A stretch of DNA of 63,979 bases, counting the filler, from Chiloscyllium plagiosum (lineage: Eukaryota), in the NCBI RefSeq assembly GCF_004010195.1. It is 4 parts of one record of this genome, joined end to end, with 100 filler letters (N's around TTAATTAATTAA, not from the genome) between each part and the next. Parts side by side here need not be neighbours in the genome. Positions count along the whole stretch, not along the records: positions 39,573 to 60,341 come from NC_057716.1; positions 60,442 to 63,979 come from NC_057716.1; 2 more parts are not named here. One strand, written 5' to 3'. Of this stretch, positions 49,937-63,273 are shown piece by piece. A model generated the notes under the pieces. That model did no database searches, was not told the DNA's origin, and worked only from the letters and a program-made list of their open reading frames with translations. The position numbers and the translations under genes were made by a program. The stretch's first letter is position 1. Each line of letters begins with the position of its first letter.

Positions 49937-52900
49937 TGTTATGGTCCTGGCCAGACCACATAACACATTACAGGAAGGGAACCAGAACCTAAATTTTCCA
50001 GTTGTTTTCAACAGATGTCAGGTGAATATTCCAGGTGCGAAGCAGTTGGACAAACCACTTGGGTTTAATCAAAACAGAATTTGTTTACTCACAGACAAAA
50101 ACAAAACCCAGAAATATTTGAAAACACAACTGACACTAAAACCTAAGTTAATGAAGAGCTGTTCCCATTTCCTGCAACACCCCATAACCATACGCCTTTG
50201 TAAAATGGTAAATTCAAACACAGGATTTTACAGGAGAGAGAAGTCAGAAACAGACAGGATCAGCATGGAGCTGCTTCTTTGGGGCAATTTAAAGTTAACC
50301 CTAAACGAGAAAACATCCTGAACGTAGCCGCTCCCCTTTCATTGCACACGTGTTTAAAAAAACACTGAAAGCATTTTCTCATTTTTGACTTCAGCAGCGT
50401 CGATTCACCATGGTTTAAGGCCAGTTCAGACATTACAGCACATCTGTCTTTATGACATCCCTCGAAAAATAACCAAAATAGCATAATCTTATTAAATAAG
50501 CAACAAATTCACGGTTCTCCACTCAAGACAGAACCGAAACATCAATATCCAAGCTGCCTTCCTTTTTAAATCCCTTAACTTTCGATTGTTGGTGCACGAC
50601 AATACAAATACATTACATTGACAGTCACCATGTAAACATGCGATATTTCATTCTATTTCAAGCACGTTACTGCTGCCAGCAGACACTTCCAATTGTCATC
50701 CAAGTCTTCACAATATATTGGTTATCAGTTTTTCACGTCCTGCCACGTGCACAATTTTCAAATTAAGTGGCTGCAAGACCAAGATCCATCTAGATAGACT
50801 GGCATTTTTGACGTTATTTCTCTCTACAATCTTCAGTGTGTTATGATCAGAGTATAAGATTGTCTCAGATCGATTACTGGTAACACTAACGTTGAAATGC
50901 TGTAATGCCAACCCTCACCTCAAAGTCTCCTTTTCAACTGTCGAATATTTCTGCTGTTGAATGTTCAATATCCTGAAGAAATACGCGATAGATTTTATTA
51001 TTTTCTCCTGTATTCCAGAACGAATACTGCACAGACTCCCAAATCAATTGGATAGATAGACATCTGGAAAGGCTTTGCGAACTGAGATAGAGCTAACACT
51101 GAGGCAGTGGTGACAGAGATTTCAGGATGTCAAATATATTCTGACAGTCCGCTGTCCACTGAATCTTCGTGACTTGCTTCTGCAACTCACTGAGTATACC
51201 AGACATACAACTAAAATTTGGAACGACCTTCTGAATAAATCCATTCAATCCCAGGAATGGTGGCACGGTTCCTTTTGTCCATGGTAAGCGAAACTAGCAA
51301 ACTACCTTTATGTTTGCAGCCCATGAGGTCTTTTGTCCAAGTTTAATAGCATGGCAAAGCATTTGACTTGGACTTTGACAAATGCACTCTGAGCCAGGTT
51401 TATCAGCAAGACTGCCTCCCATAGTCGATTGAATAATTCTGATAAATTTTGCCAATATTTCTTCGTGTGTAACTAAAAGTCACCAGGTCGTCGATATAAA
51501 TTGCACAACGGTGCAATCCGGCAATGACCTTGTTGGTTTGTCTTTGAAATGCGGCTGGCGCATTTTCCATGACAAATGCCATGAATTTAAATTGATATAG
51601 TTCCTTCAGCGTTACGAGAGACAAAATCGTCTCCACTCTTTCTGACGATGTTACCTACCAGTGTCCTCTGAGCATGTCCAACTTATAAATATAAGTTGCT
51701 TGTTCCCTCCATTAAATACAGCATTCCGCAAGGGTGTCGGATACGGATCAGACTTTCCAAATTCATTGATTTTGTAATAGACAACACATACCCATTTCGT
51801 ACCATCTGGTTTTGGCAACATTACGACGGACGAGCTCCAGTGACTAACTCAATTCGATTATGTTCACTTGAAGCATGCGTTCAATCTCTTTTTGAAATTC
51901 TGCCAAATTTGAGGTTTACGCTGATACAGATGTTGCATTATCAGAACAGCATTTCCGATTTCTTCATAATGCATAATTAAGTTAGTATTTCCCAGGTTAT
52001 TTCCACATATCTCCCCATTTGATATCAAAAGTTACTTCAGGTCATTTTGATTTTACTCTGAAGGTTGATTCAATAAGTTTGAAATCAATGCTTAACAATA
52101 TCCACGTTTTCCAATTTAATTTGTGAAATGTCTATTTCAGAATCCTCTGATCTTGGTTCTTTCTTCTCCTTTCGACTTGATAAGTTCCACTAAACCCTAC
52201 TTTTAACGGTGTACCTGTCACTGGATGGAAAACTAATACGTAATCTCCAATAGCAAAATGGTGAGTTTTTGATTAATTGTCTGCTTCCTGTTTCGTTACA
52301 TGCTGTGACACCTTTTAATACCGTTGAGCCAACTCCTCCCATCTTCTTAGTCATTCCAGAAAGTTTGACACTTTGTTCAAATATATGGTGTCTGAATTAA
52401 GATTTACAAATTTCTCCTTAATTAATTTTAACGTCCCTCTCGCTTCATGCCCAAACACTAATGCAAATGAATGATCATTTGGTTCATCTCTGATGGCAAA
52501 ATTTACAAACATAATTTCTTTCTCACAATCATCTGGACTGACTTAACAGTACGCCTTCAGTGTGTTCATTCATGTTTGATGCCAACTTTCGAGCGTTCTC
52601 TGCAATTCTGTTTGTCATGTAACAGATTTGAATTACTCCGTTCCAAACAGTCCGTAACTTCTTTGAATAATTCTAATGCAAAGTTTGACCATTAATCTGA
52701 TTATTGCTCACTTGGTATTCCATGTCTATTGAAAAATTTGAGTAAATCCTCCACAATCCTTTTAGCTGTAACATTTTGCATGGAATGGATTCTGGAAATC
52801 TAGTGGGCATTCACTATTGTTAACAAATACGGAATTGCACTTTTTGTTTTAGGTACGAGTCCTCTGCAATCAATTAAGACACTTGGAAAAGGTTTCTCAA

Positions 52901-55330
52901 AAGCAGGAATAGTTATTAAAGATACGGGTTTTATTACTGTGTGTGGTTTTTCAATTAGCTGACATGTATGGCATATCTGGAAAAAATTCAATTGCATCCT
53001 TGTGCAGACCAGGCAAGAAAAAAAAGATGTTTTTGCATTTTAGCTTGAGTTTCCTTAACTCTAAATGACCGTCTACTAGCACTGCATGTGCTACCTCAAT
53101 ATCTCCTCGAAAAGTCACTGCCAATACAATTTGATGTATTTCTGCCCATTTCTCATCTGCCTGAATATATGATGGTCTACATTTCCTCAAAAGGCATATT
53201 TTAACACACTCATACTCAAACACATTCACAATATATCTGTGTATGGTTTTATGATAAATTGCTTTAGTTTTTGATTTTCCTGCTGCAACTCAGTTAATTG
53301 CTGTGAGATACAAATGTCTATGTTGTTATCCATCTGCTCCTGTCAAACAGGGTCTCTGTGAATTCACCTTCAAATTCCTTATTTCTCCTCTTTGATCTCT
53401 CCTGCTCAACTGCTGACTTTGTGAAATCGTTATCACACAGTCATGAAAATGCTTCAATATGCTTCTAGAATAGATTAGTTGCCTGATTTTCCACTCATTT
53501 TTGAACCACAGTAGGTAGCGCTCTTACCTGTGAGGCAGATGTATCATTAGCCAGGACAAATTGCACGCCTGGAGTTCAGCAAATGTCCAGTACTCCTGCC
53601 ACGACTATTCCACGTTTCAGTGACTCCCAAACCTCATTCTGCATAGCTGAATACTTCTTGTCTCACCGTGAAATACTTTTAATAGCATTTTTTTCTGGTA
53701 ATGGCCTTTTAGAGGTCCATCTGTACTCAAGTTTCAAAATCAAAGGTTGATACGATCTTGTGTCTCTTCATATTGTAATCTCTTCACCTGCTCCTCCTGG
53801 CCTCTGCGAGTAAACTTGCCTTCGCAGGTATATGATTTAAGAAGATCTGCCACTTCCGCCTGAACCAACCTACATCCAGGTTGTACATTCTGGTGGAGAT
53901 TGTTCGCCTCCATTGTGCTTTCTGTTTGCGTTCCAACAAAACTGGCTTATCCTGTTTTCCTACATCTGTCTTCCCAGTGTTTTTCCTAACCCACAAACGC
54001 AGCGAATTCTCCTGCCCTGCTTCATTGTAGTGAAACCACCGGAGCTTTATAATTTATCTTTCTGCTTCAAGGGTTTCCTTTTCGCCATGTGGTAAGTTAT
54101 GCTTACGATCTTCACAGTGATCTATTTTCCTTTACCATATGAGGATTTCTCTTTACTCCCAATCCTATGCCTCATTGACTGAAATTGATGTTGGAAGCTG
54201 AAGTTCGATTTATGAAACAACTCATAAACATCAGCCAATTTAGCCGCTAATCTTGACGTTTTAACGCTCTGTTCTTTCATATGACTTCTCATTACCTTAG
54301 GAAGTGAATTTTTGAACTCTTCCAAAATAATCGTCTCTCGTAAAGCACCAGAGATTTGTTGCATTTTGATAGCCTTACCCGTCTATCAAAATTATTTTGG
54401 TTGATCCTTTCAAACCTAGTGCAGGTGTGACCAGGTACGCTCGTGAGATTTCTGGAACATTATCTGTAGGCGTCTGGTCCAAGATCACATGCAATTAAAT
54501 TGGCTTTCTTCACCCTCTCATACACACCGGATACCTAGTCTGATAATGATGCAAATACTTCACTCCCTCTATTTATCAGTTATGTTTGGATCAACAAAAC
54601 CCACATGGCCACTGCCACTGCAACTCAGTTAATTGCTCTGAGATAGAAATGTCTATCTTCAGCCACCTTCTCAAATAAGAACAATAAAGGCTTCGACATC
54701 CTTCTCATAAAGTTTAGACAATGCCTGAATGTATTTAAACAGATGCTTACCAGGACTTTGGCTACCGTGCGTTTCCTCAACTTCATTCTCTTCCACCTGA
54801 AGCTTACCTTCAGCCTTCATCTCAATCCATTTAAACTGGCTTTCTTATCTAAGTGACAATTTATGATGTTCAAACACCCACCCGCCCAATTGCTACCTTT
54901 GCTGTGTCTCATTTTCTCTTTCTTCTCTCTCATTTTCTTTTAGTACTGCTAAAGTAATTCTACCTTTCATGTTTGGTCTACTAGGTTTTGTTATTTTGCT
55001 TACCTCTGTTTCTAATCATAATTCATGCCGTTTCATTTATTTTTCTTTTCATTTTTCTTTTGTCTTTAACTCAAGCTGCGTCATTTTTAATTGCTTAACT
55101 AGTAATTCCAACATTATTGCTTCGTTTACATTCGTGAAACACACAAAAAGCACTTCTTCCACCGTCCTAAAACTCTGAGTAAATAGAAGAGGCATTACTA
55201 AAACAAGCACTGTTTGGAACAACCAAATTTACGACGAGGATGAAAATCCATGAACATCTACTACTTGCTGCCTTCTAGTCCTCTAATCCTCATCCCAAAT
55301 CCGAACAATAGAACAAATACTGGAAGCTAC
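49937..55330 (-). mobile_element. Second Gmr1-type LTR retrotransposon, highly diverged, 5' LTR not seen
   Basis: LTR about 49937-50513. RH RWILVLQPLNLKIVHVAGRE. RT NAPAAFQR/IYIDDL. IN LIDCRG and CHTCQ. Gag SCAN-like IILEEFKNSLP..LAD at 54122-54364. Collinear with 5400-11960. Confidence 0.85.
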
Positions 55331-55334
55331 AAAT

Positions 55335-58300
55335 AAGGGGAAGAAATGGAGGCGACAGTCAGAGCAGGGTTCCCCTGTGGCCGTTCCCCTCAGTAATAAC
55401 TATACCCCTTTGGTTACTGCTGGTCTAGACGGCCGACCAGCAGAAAGTCAGAGTTGTCAGATCTCTGGAACTGAGCCTGGCGCTGTGGCTCAGAAGATAA
55501 GGGGGGAAAATAGAAAAGCGCTTGTGTTACTGTATTCAGTAGTTCAACGGATTGACAGGAGATTTTATGGTCAGTAATGGGGTTCCCAGAAGATATTCTT
55601 CCTACGCAGTTCCAGGGTCCAGGATGTCACCAATCGGGTTTTCAGGACTCTGAAGGGGGAAGGTGAGCAACCAGAAATCGTGTTACGTATTGACTGCAAT
55701 GTCATAGCCAGGAAAGAGATTGAGGATTTGAAAAGTGACTACAGAGAGCGAGGTTGAAAGCTGAAAAGCAGGACGAGTAGAGTAGTGATGTCGGGTTTGC
55801 TATCACTGCCACTAGATAGAGAGGTGAGGAAGAGTCAGCGAATGCAACTTAACACGTGGCTGCGAGGCTGGTGCAGGAGAGAAGCCTTCATAGACTTAGA
55901 TCATTGGGAAACCTTCGGGGGAAGGTTGAATCTGTACATGAATGACAGGCTGCACCTAAACTGGAGGGTCGCAGCTGTCCTGGGAGGGAGATTTGGTTGT
56001 GTGTTTCGGGAATATTTAAACTAGATTGGGTGGAAATCAGAGCCACTGACAGGACGTAGTGAATGCATTGGTAAGGTTTCCCACGCGATGAAACAAAGGG
56101 CTTGGTTTAAGTGTGTCTGTTTTAACGCAAGGAGTATCAGAAAAACGATTGATGAACTGAGAGCATGGATCAGAACCTGAGTCTATGAGGCTGTGGCCAT
56201 AAGCAGACATAGGTTTCACAGGTACACGAATGGTTTCTTGATGTTCCAGAGTTTAGAACGTTTAGAAAGAACATCGAGGATGGAAAAAAAAAAGACGGTG
56301 TAGCATTGCTATTCAGATTGTGGAAAAATGCAGCTGTAGCAGAATTGTTGTCATGGGTGAATTCAACTTTCCAAATATCGACTGGAACTTTCTGAGAGCA
56401 GATGGTTTGGTTGGTTTGGCAAGACTTAGGATGCATAGAAGAAGGGTAGCAAAATGCAGGGGATGGGGACAATCGAAATGTGGAGCTGTTTTAAGGAAAT
56501 GATTGCATTCATTGCTAAGGAGAATACGGATGCTTCCGTGGCGATGAAACGAGATAGTTCGCTTGAGGCAAGGAAGGAGTACAGATTAACTAGGAAGGAT
56601 TTTAAAAAAGAGTTGAGAAGAGAAAAGAGAGGATATACGCGGTCATTAGCAAGTAGAATAAAGGAGAACGTTACATCTTTCTCTCGGTATGTGAGAAACA
56701 AAAGGATGACGAGAGTAGGAACAGGGCGAGTCAAAGTAGAATTGGGAAGCTGTGTGTGGACCCTGTGGAGATCGGAGATGCGCTAAACGAATATTTCTCA
56801 TTGGTTTTCACTCAATAAAAAGAGAATGTTGTAGAGCAGAAGAATGTGATATGAGATGTTAGACTAGAAAGGATCGAGCTTAGTAAGGAAGCGGTATCTC
56901 ATTTCTGGAAGGACTGAAAGTAGACAAGTGCCCTGCTCTCAAAGGGATTTATCTGAGGATTCTCTGCGACGCTAGGGAGGAGATGACAGAGTCTTTGGCT
57001 TTGATTTTTCAGTCGTCATTGTCTGCAGGTTCAGTACCAGAGGACTGGAGGTTTGCAAATGCTGTGCGCTTGTTCAAGAAGGGCAGTAGAGATGACCCGG
57101 GTAATTACAGACCAGTAAGCCTTCTCTCTGTTGTAGGAAAGGTGTTGGAAAGGATTATTAGAGATATGATTTATACGCATCTCACAAGCAACAATTTCAT
57201 GTCAGATCGTCAACATGGTTTCGTCAAGGGCAGGTCATATCTCACAAACCTCGTTGAGGTTTTTTGAGAAGGTGACCGAACATGTTAATGCGGGTAGTTA
57301 ATGTGGTGCACACAAGGACGTCAGTGAAGCCTTTGATTAGGCTCCATCTGGTAAGCTGTTGCAGAAAATGCGGAGGCATGGGATTGAGTGGGATGTAGCA
57401 ATTTTGATTAGGAATTGGCTTTCTGTAAAACGGCAGCGAATGTGGTTTGATGGAAAGTATTCATCCTGGAGTCTGGTTACAAGTGATGTGCAACAAAGAT
57501 CTGTTTTGGTACCACTACTGTTTGTCAATTTAAAAATGACTAAGATGGGGGCATAGGGGGATGTATTAGTAAGGTTGCAGACGATCCTAAAATCGGTTGA
57601 GTAGTGGACTTTGCGGAAGAATGTTGCAGGTTGCAGGGGGACTTGAATAAACTGCAGAATTGGTCTGAGAGGTGGCAAATGAAGGTCAATACAGATAAAT
57701 GTGATGTGATTCATTTTGGGAAGAATAACAGGAAGACAGAATAGTGGGACAATGGAAAGATACTTCTTAGTGTGGATGTGCAAATTTTGGATTCCAAGTA
57801 CATTGATCCCTGAAGGTTGCCACCCAGGTTGATCGTACTTTTAAGAAGGCATACGGTGTGTTCGGTTTTATTGGTAGATGGATTACGTTCTGGAGCTGTA
57901 ATGTAATGCTGCAACTATGCAAAATGCTAGTGTGGTCACACTTGTAATATTGTGTACCGTTCTGGTCTCCACATTACAGGAAGGATGTGGAAGCATTGGA
58001 AATGGTGCAGAGGATATTTACCAGGATGTTCCCTGTTCTGGAGAGGTCTAATGAGGAAAGGCTGAGACTTGAGGCTGTTCTCATTGGAGAGAAGAAGGCT
58101 AAGAGGGGATTTGATAGAGACATACAAGAGTCTTACAAGGATTAGGTAGGATAGACAGTGAAAGTTTTTTTCCTAGGATGATGACGTCAGCTTGTACGAG
58201 GGGGCATAACTACAAACTGAGGAGTGATATATTTAAATCAGAGGTCAGAGGCAAGTTCTTTACTCAGAGAGTGGTAAGAGTGTGGAATGCCCTGCCTGTC

Positions 58301-58475
58301 AATGTAGTTAACTCAGCCACATAAGGGGCATTTAAACAGTCTTTGGAATAAGCATATGGATGATGATGTGATAGTGTAAGGAGATTGGCTTAGATTAGTT
58401 CATAGGTCGACGCAACATCGAGTGTCAAACGGGCTGTTTTGTGCTGTATTGTTCTATGTTCTATGCTCTATGTTC
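55335..58475 (+). mobile_element. Near full-length degenerate CR1 (ORF1 esterase, APE, RT, 3' tail)
   Basis: VPLSNNYTPL, QLNTWLRGWCRRE..DHWETF..RLHLN, VVMGEFNFPNIDW and PGNYRPVSL; (tatgttc) tail. Confidence 0.9.
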
Positions 58476-58479
58476 AGCT

Positions 58480-59110
58480 TACCAATGTCTGCATCTGGTT
58501 TTGTGTTTTACTCCCAGAACTGCTGTTAACAACTACTTTGAGTTTGCGTTGGAGAGATGAAAAACAGACTGGGTGACTCCTTTGCAAGAGTCTGCAAAAA
58601 TGACCCTGAGCTTCCTGTTGCCCACCAATTCAACACACCATGATGTTTCCCTGGCCAACATATCTGTTTCAGGCTTGCTGCACGGACGCTCAGCCCAAGC
58701 TGGAAGAGCAGCATCTCATTTTTCACTTAGGGATCGTCCAGCCCTCTAGACTCAATTAATAATTTTAGGGCCTGACCACCTTCTCCCATGTCCTTACCCC
58801 AATCCCTACATACCAGACTTTGTCGTCACATGGGCTGTTATCACAAACAACTATTGTCAGCTACTGATTCTCTCAGGCTGTCCTTTACCCGTTCCTTTGT
58901 CAGCCCATCTGCTGTTTTCTTTCTCTCTGGACACCATCCCCACCTATCATTTACTCCTCCCCCCTCCCTCTATCCCATCTTTAGCATGTATACCAACCCT
59001 CTCTGAGCTACAATCAGCTATGAAGAAGTGTCACTGAACCTGCAATATTAGCTGTACTTTCTCTCCACAGATGCTGCCAGACTTGCTGAGTTTTACCAGC
59101 AATTTGTGTA
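58480..59110 (+). mobile_element. Degenerate Penelope-like 3' end and pLTR
   Basis: VGEMKNRLGDSF (GIY-YIG remnant), KLEEQHLIFHLG, and tctccacagatgctgccagacttgctgag terminal motif. Confidence 0.6.
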
Positions 59111-60441
59111 ATTCATTTTTTTTATCCTTTGGTCATTTCACTTTAACACTCCACCGGCAGCAGTAAATCTGGCATACCACAAGTTATAGGAACATTTTAT
59201 ACAGAACAACAAGTTTTGGAAGGGAGCCCAGGTAAGAAAATCATAGTATATAAACCTAAAACTATTTTTAAAAACTCTCAGAATGACTTGCACCTATTGG
59301 GACAAAAGGTAGTAATAATGGGAATGAGCTGTTTATGCCATTATAAGCAACAATATCTGTGCTGATGAATAAATGAAATAATGTATTATATATTCAAAAT
59401 TGTGAAAGCAATTTTGGAATTGCTGGTATCCATTCCCCACCTGTTGTAGTTATATTTTATATGTTCTGTCATCTTGTTGATTATTATCAACCAAGAGACT
59501 TATTTGGACATGTCATTCAACGGTACCACATCAGCATGTTCAGACTGTTCCCATATTGCTTCATATGGTAATGCTCCCAACACAGTTTGTGTCCATTTTA
59601 CATTTGCTTCATCCATTATACTAATGCCACACGCAGTCTGTAGTGAAGACAAAGAGTTCTATTCTAGTTTTGGAGAGATCTAAAAAATGGGGAAGTGTAA
59701 GAGGAACAGAAGAAAAGTACCAGTTCCCAAAGTTCCTAGTAATTATGTCTGATCAAATGTTGCTGTACTTACTGTTATCATGCAAGAATCTTCCTTGCTA
59801 TCTCAGTACAGAGCATCTTCTGTAGATACGCTATGTGATATATTCACGACCACTAATAACAGCTCGTCCCCAGACAAAGCAAAGACAAAGGAGGATAAAG
59901 AACGCTAATATACTAGCAAGTTCTGATAGTTGGCAAATACCCCAGCAGCAGTCATCTGGGAAATTAACACTTATGTTTCACTATGTAATTGTTGGGCAAC
60001 ATAAATCAACAAACATAAAAATTCAGAATCTTCTAATAAAGAAATTATTTTATAGAATTTATGTGTCACTTTTCAACATCGCAAAATGATATGATTTTAA
60101 GTTTAAATATTAGACTTACTAAAATGTTGTTGTAAAACTTATCCATGATCAAATGGTACATGGAAGTTTTATTATAGTGTCATATTTCTTAAATAGTCAG
60201 AGACCAGCTTAACAAATGTAAGCTTGCAGATTTCTGTTTACCATTATCGCATACTTACATTTGCCAGAACCCCGAGGGGAACACTACTCCTGCTCATGAC
60301 TCCACCCCCATTCCCCCCACCATCACACCCACTCCAGTTACNNNNNNNNNNNNNNNNNNNNNNNNNNNNNNNNNNNNNNNNNNNNTTAATTAATTAANNN
60401 NNNNNNNNNNNNNNNNNNNNNNNNNNNNNNNNNNNNNNNNN

Positions 60442-62233
60442 AGGTGGATGGATTAGTAAATTTGCAGACGACACTAAAGTCGGTGGAGTAATGGACAGTT
60501 TGGAAGAATGTTACAGGTTGCAGGGGGACTTGGATAAACTGCAGAATTGGGCTGAGAGGTGGCAAATGGAGTTCAATGCAGCTAAATGTGAGGTGATGCA
60601 CTTTGGGAAGAATAACGGGAAGGCAGAGTACTGGGTCAATGGAAAGATTCTTGGTAGTGTGGATGTGCAGAGGGATCTTGGAGTCCATGTACATAGATCC
60701 CTGAAAGTTGCCACCCAGGTGGATAGTGATGTTAAGAAGGCATACGGTGCGTTAGGTTTCATTGGTAGAGGGATCGAGTTCCGGAACTGCAATATCATGC
60801 TGCAACTGTACAAAATGCTGGTGCGGCCACACTTGGAATATTGTGTACAGTTCTAATCGCCATATTTCAGGAAGGATGTTGAAGCATTGAAAAAGGTGCA
60901 GAGGAGATTTACCAGGATGTTGCCTGGTCTGGAGGGAAGGTCTGATGAGAGACCTGGGTCTGTTCTCATTGGAAACAAGAAAGCTAAGGGGGAGTTGATA
61001 GAGACATACAAGATGATCAGAGGATTAGATAGGGTAGACAGTGAAAGTCTTTTTCCTAGGATGATGACATCAGCATGTACGAGGGGGTATAACTACAAAT
61101 TGAGGGGTGATAGATTTAAGACAGATGGCAGAGGCAGGTTCTTTACTCAGAGAGTGGTAAGGGCGTGGAATGCCCTACCTGCTAATGTAGTCAACTCAGC
61201 CACATTAGGGAGATTTAAACAATCCTTAGATAAGCACATGGATAATTTTGGGATATTGAAGGGGGAACGAGCTGAGAATAGTTCACAGGTCAGTGCAACA
61301 TTGAGGGCCGAAGGGCCTGTTCTGCGCTGTATTGTTCTATGTTCTATGTTCTAACCCCCTCTGTCTCCCAAATGATCCGAAGTTCATCCAGCTCCCTAAC
61401 GGGGTTTTCCAGGAGCTGGAGTTGGGTGCACTTCCCGCTGATGCAGTCAGCAGGGACACTTCTGGTGAGCCTTACCTCCCACATTCAGTAGGAGGAACAT
61501 TCAACTGCCCTAACCTCATTGGAGAGAAGAAGGCTAAGAGGGGATTTAATAGAGAAATACAAGATGATCAGAGGATTAGATGGGGTGGACAGTGAAAGTC
61601 TTTTTCCTAGGATGATGACGTCAGCTTGTACAAGGGGGCATAACTACAAACTGAGGGGTGATAGAGTTAAGACAGATGTCAGAGGCAGGTTCTTTACTCA
61701 GAGAGTGGTAAGGCAATGGAATGTAGTTAACTCACCCACATTAGGGAGATTTAAACAATCCTTAGATAAGCACATGGATGATTTTGGGAAAGTGTAAGGG
61801 GACGAGCTGAGAATAGTTCACAGGTCGGTGCAACATCGAGGGTCAAAGGGCCTGTTCTGCACTGTATTGTTCTATATTCTATGATTGGACACTTTGGAGG
61901 CAGGAAACATGTTTCCGCTGATGGGTGAGTCCCGAACCAGAGGACACAGCTTAAAAATAAGGGGTAGACCATTTAGAACAAAGTTGAGGAGAAACTTCTT
62001 CACCCAGAGAGTGGTGGCTGTGTGGAATGCTCTGCCCCAGAGGGCAGTGGAGGCCCAGTCTCTGGATTCATTTAAGAAAGAGTTGGATAGAGCTCTCAAG
62101 GATAGTGGAATCAAGGGTTATGGGAATAAGGCAGGAACAGGATACTGACTGAGGATGATCAGCCATGATCATAATGAGTGGTGGCAATGGTTTGAAGGGC
62201 CGAATGGCCTACTTCTGTACCTATTGTCTATTG
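60442..62233 (+). mobile_element. Cluster of CR1 3' portions (60442-61352, 61515-61882, 61883-62233) with a minus-strand ORF1 fragment at about 61353-61515
   Basis: KFADDTK, LQGDLDKLQNWAERWQ and repeated FFTQRVV..WN; three separate 3' tails. Confidence 0.9.
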
Positions 62234-62235
62234 AA

Positions 62236-62552
62236 GGCGGCACGGTGGCTCAGTGGTTAGCACTGCTGCATCACAGCGCCAAGGACCCAGGTTCAATTCC
62301 AGCCTCAGGCGACTGTCTGTGTGGAGTTTGCACGTTCTCCCCATGTCTGTGTGGGTTTCCTCCGGGTGCTCCGGTTTCCTCCCACAGTCCAAAGATGTGC
62401 AGGTCAGATGACTTGGCCATGCTAAATTACCCATAGTATCAGGTGCATTAGTCAGGTGGAAATGGGTCTGGGTGGGTTACTCTTCGGAGGGTCGGTGTGG
62501 ACTGGTTGGGCCAAAGGGCCTGTTTCCACACTGTAGGGAATCTAATCTAATC
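62236..62552 (+). mobile_element. HE1/V-SINE
   Basis: ggcggcacggtggctcagtggttagc...ggttcaattcc, V-domain, and aatctaatct tail. Confidence 0.9.
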
Positions 62553-63273
62553 TTAAAAAATGCTCAGTCTCTCTCTGCCCCCACCTCTCTCTCGTCACTC
62601 CTCCTGTTATTAAAGTGATACAATACCACCATCTGGTGGCCTCCCCATGCCATTGCACAAGCAGAAGATTTGTAGTCTGTGAATGTCTTGAGTTGCACAG
62701 TTATTTCTTTCCTCAAACAATGTCTTTGGAGACACAGAACAGTTTTGTGCATTTGATGTTTCTCCAGTGATATGAGCAGAAGAAGACAAAAATGAGAGGA
62801 GGAGAGAAAGAGAGAGAGGCTGTGAGAATGGAGTGGGGGAGATATGTTGGGAGAGAAAGCAAGGAAGAGATATTCATTGTACAGAGGCCAGGTTGGTGTT
62901 GGTGACCCAGAGGTGAGAGCAAGGACAGAGTGGCTTAAACTCAACTCCTGAGTTCGGTCCCGATCCCCTCCCCTTACCTGAGGACCAGGACTTGGGGCTG
63001 AGTCTGTCTCTCTCCAAACAACAATATAGTACACTCTGCTGCTTGAAATGTTTTAATGAACATTTTCATTGTTTACAAATTGAAGTGATGGATACAGTCA
63101 GTGGAATGGTGCCTTTTCTCACTGGCCCCTGAGTTGAGGGAAACATTGTAATGTGTCCCTGTAACACTGTGGGATAAGGATGGACAAACCAACGCTACCC
63201 TCTGTTACCATAGCGACAGGCTGTTCCATCCCTGAAACACTGAACTGAAATGAGAAAATCCCGGATGGATTGA

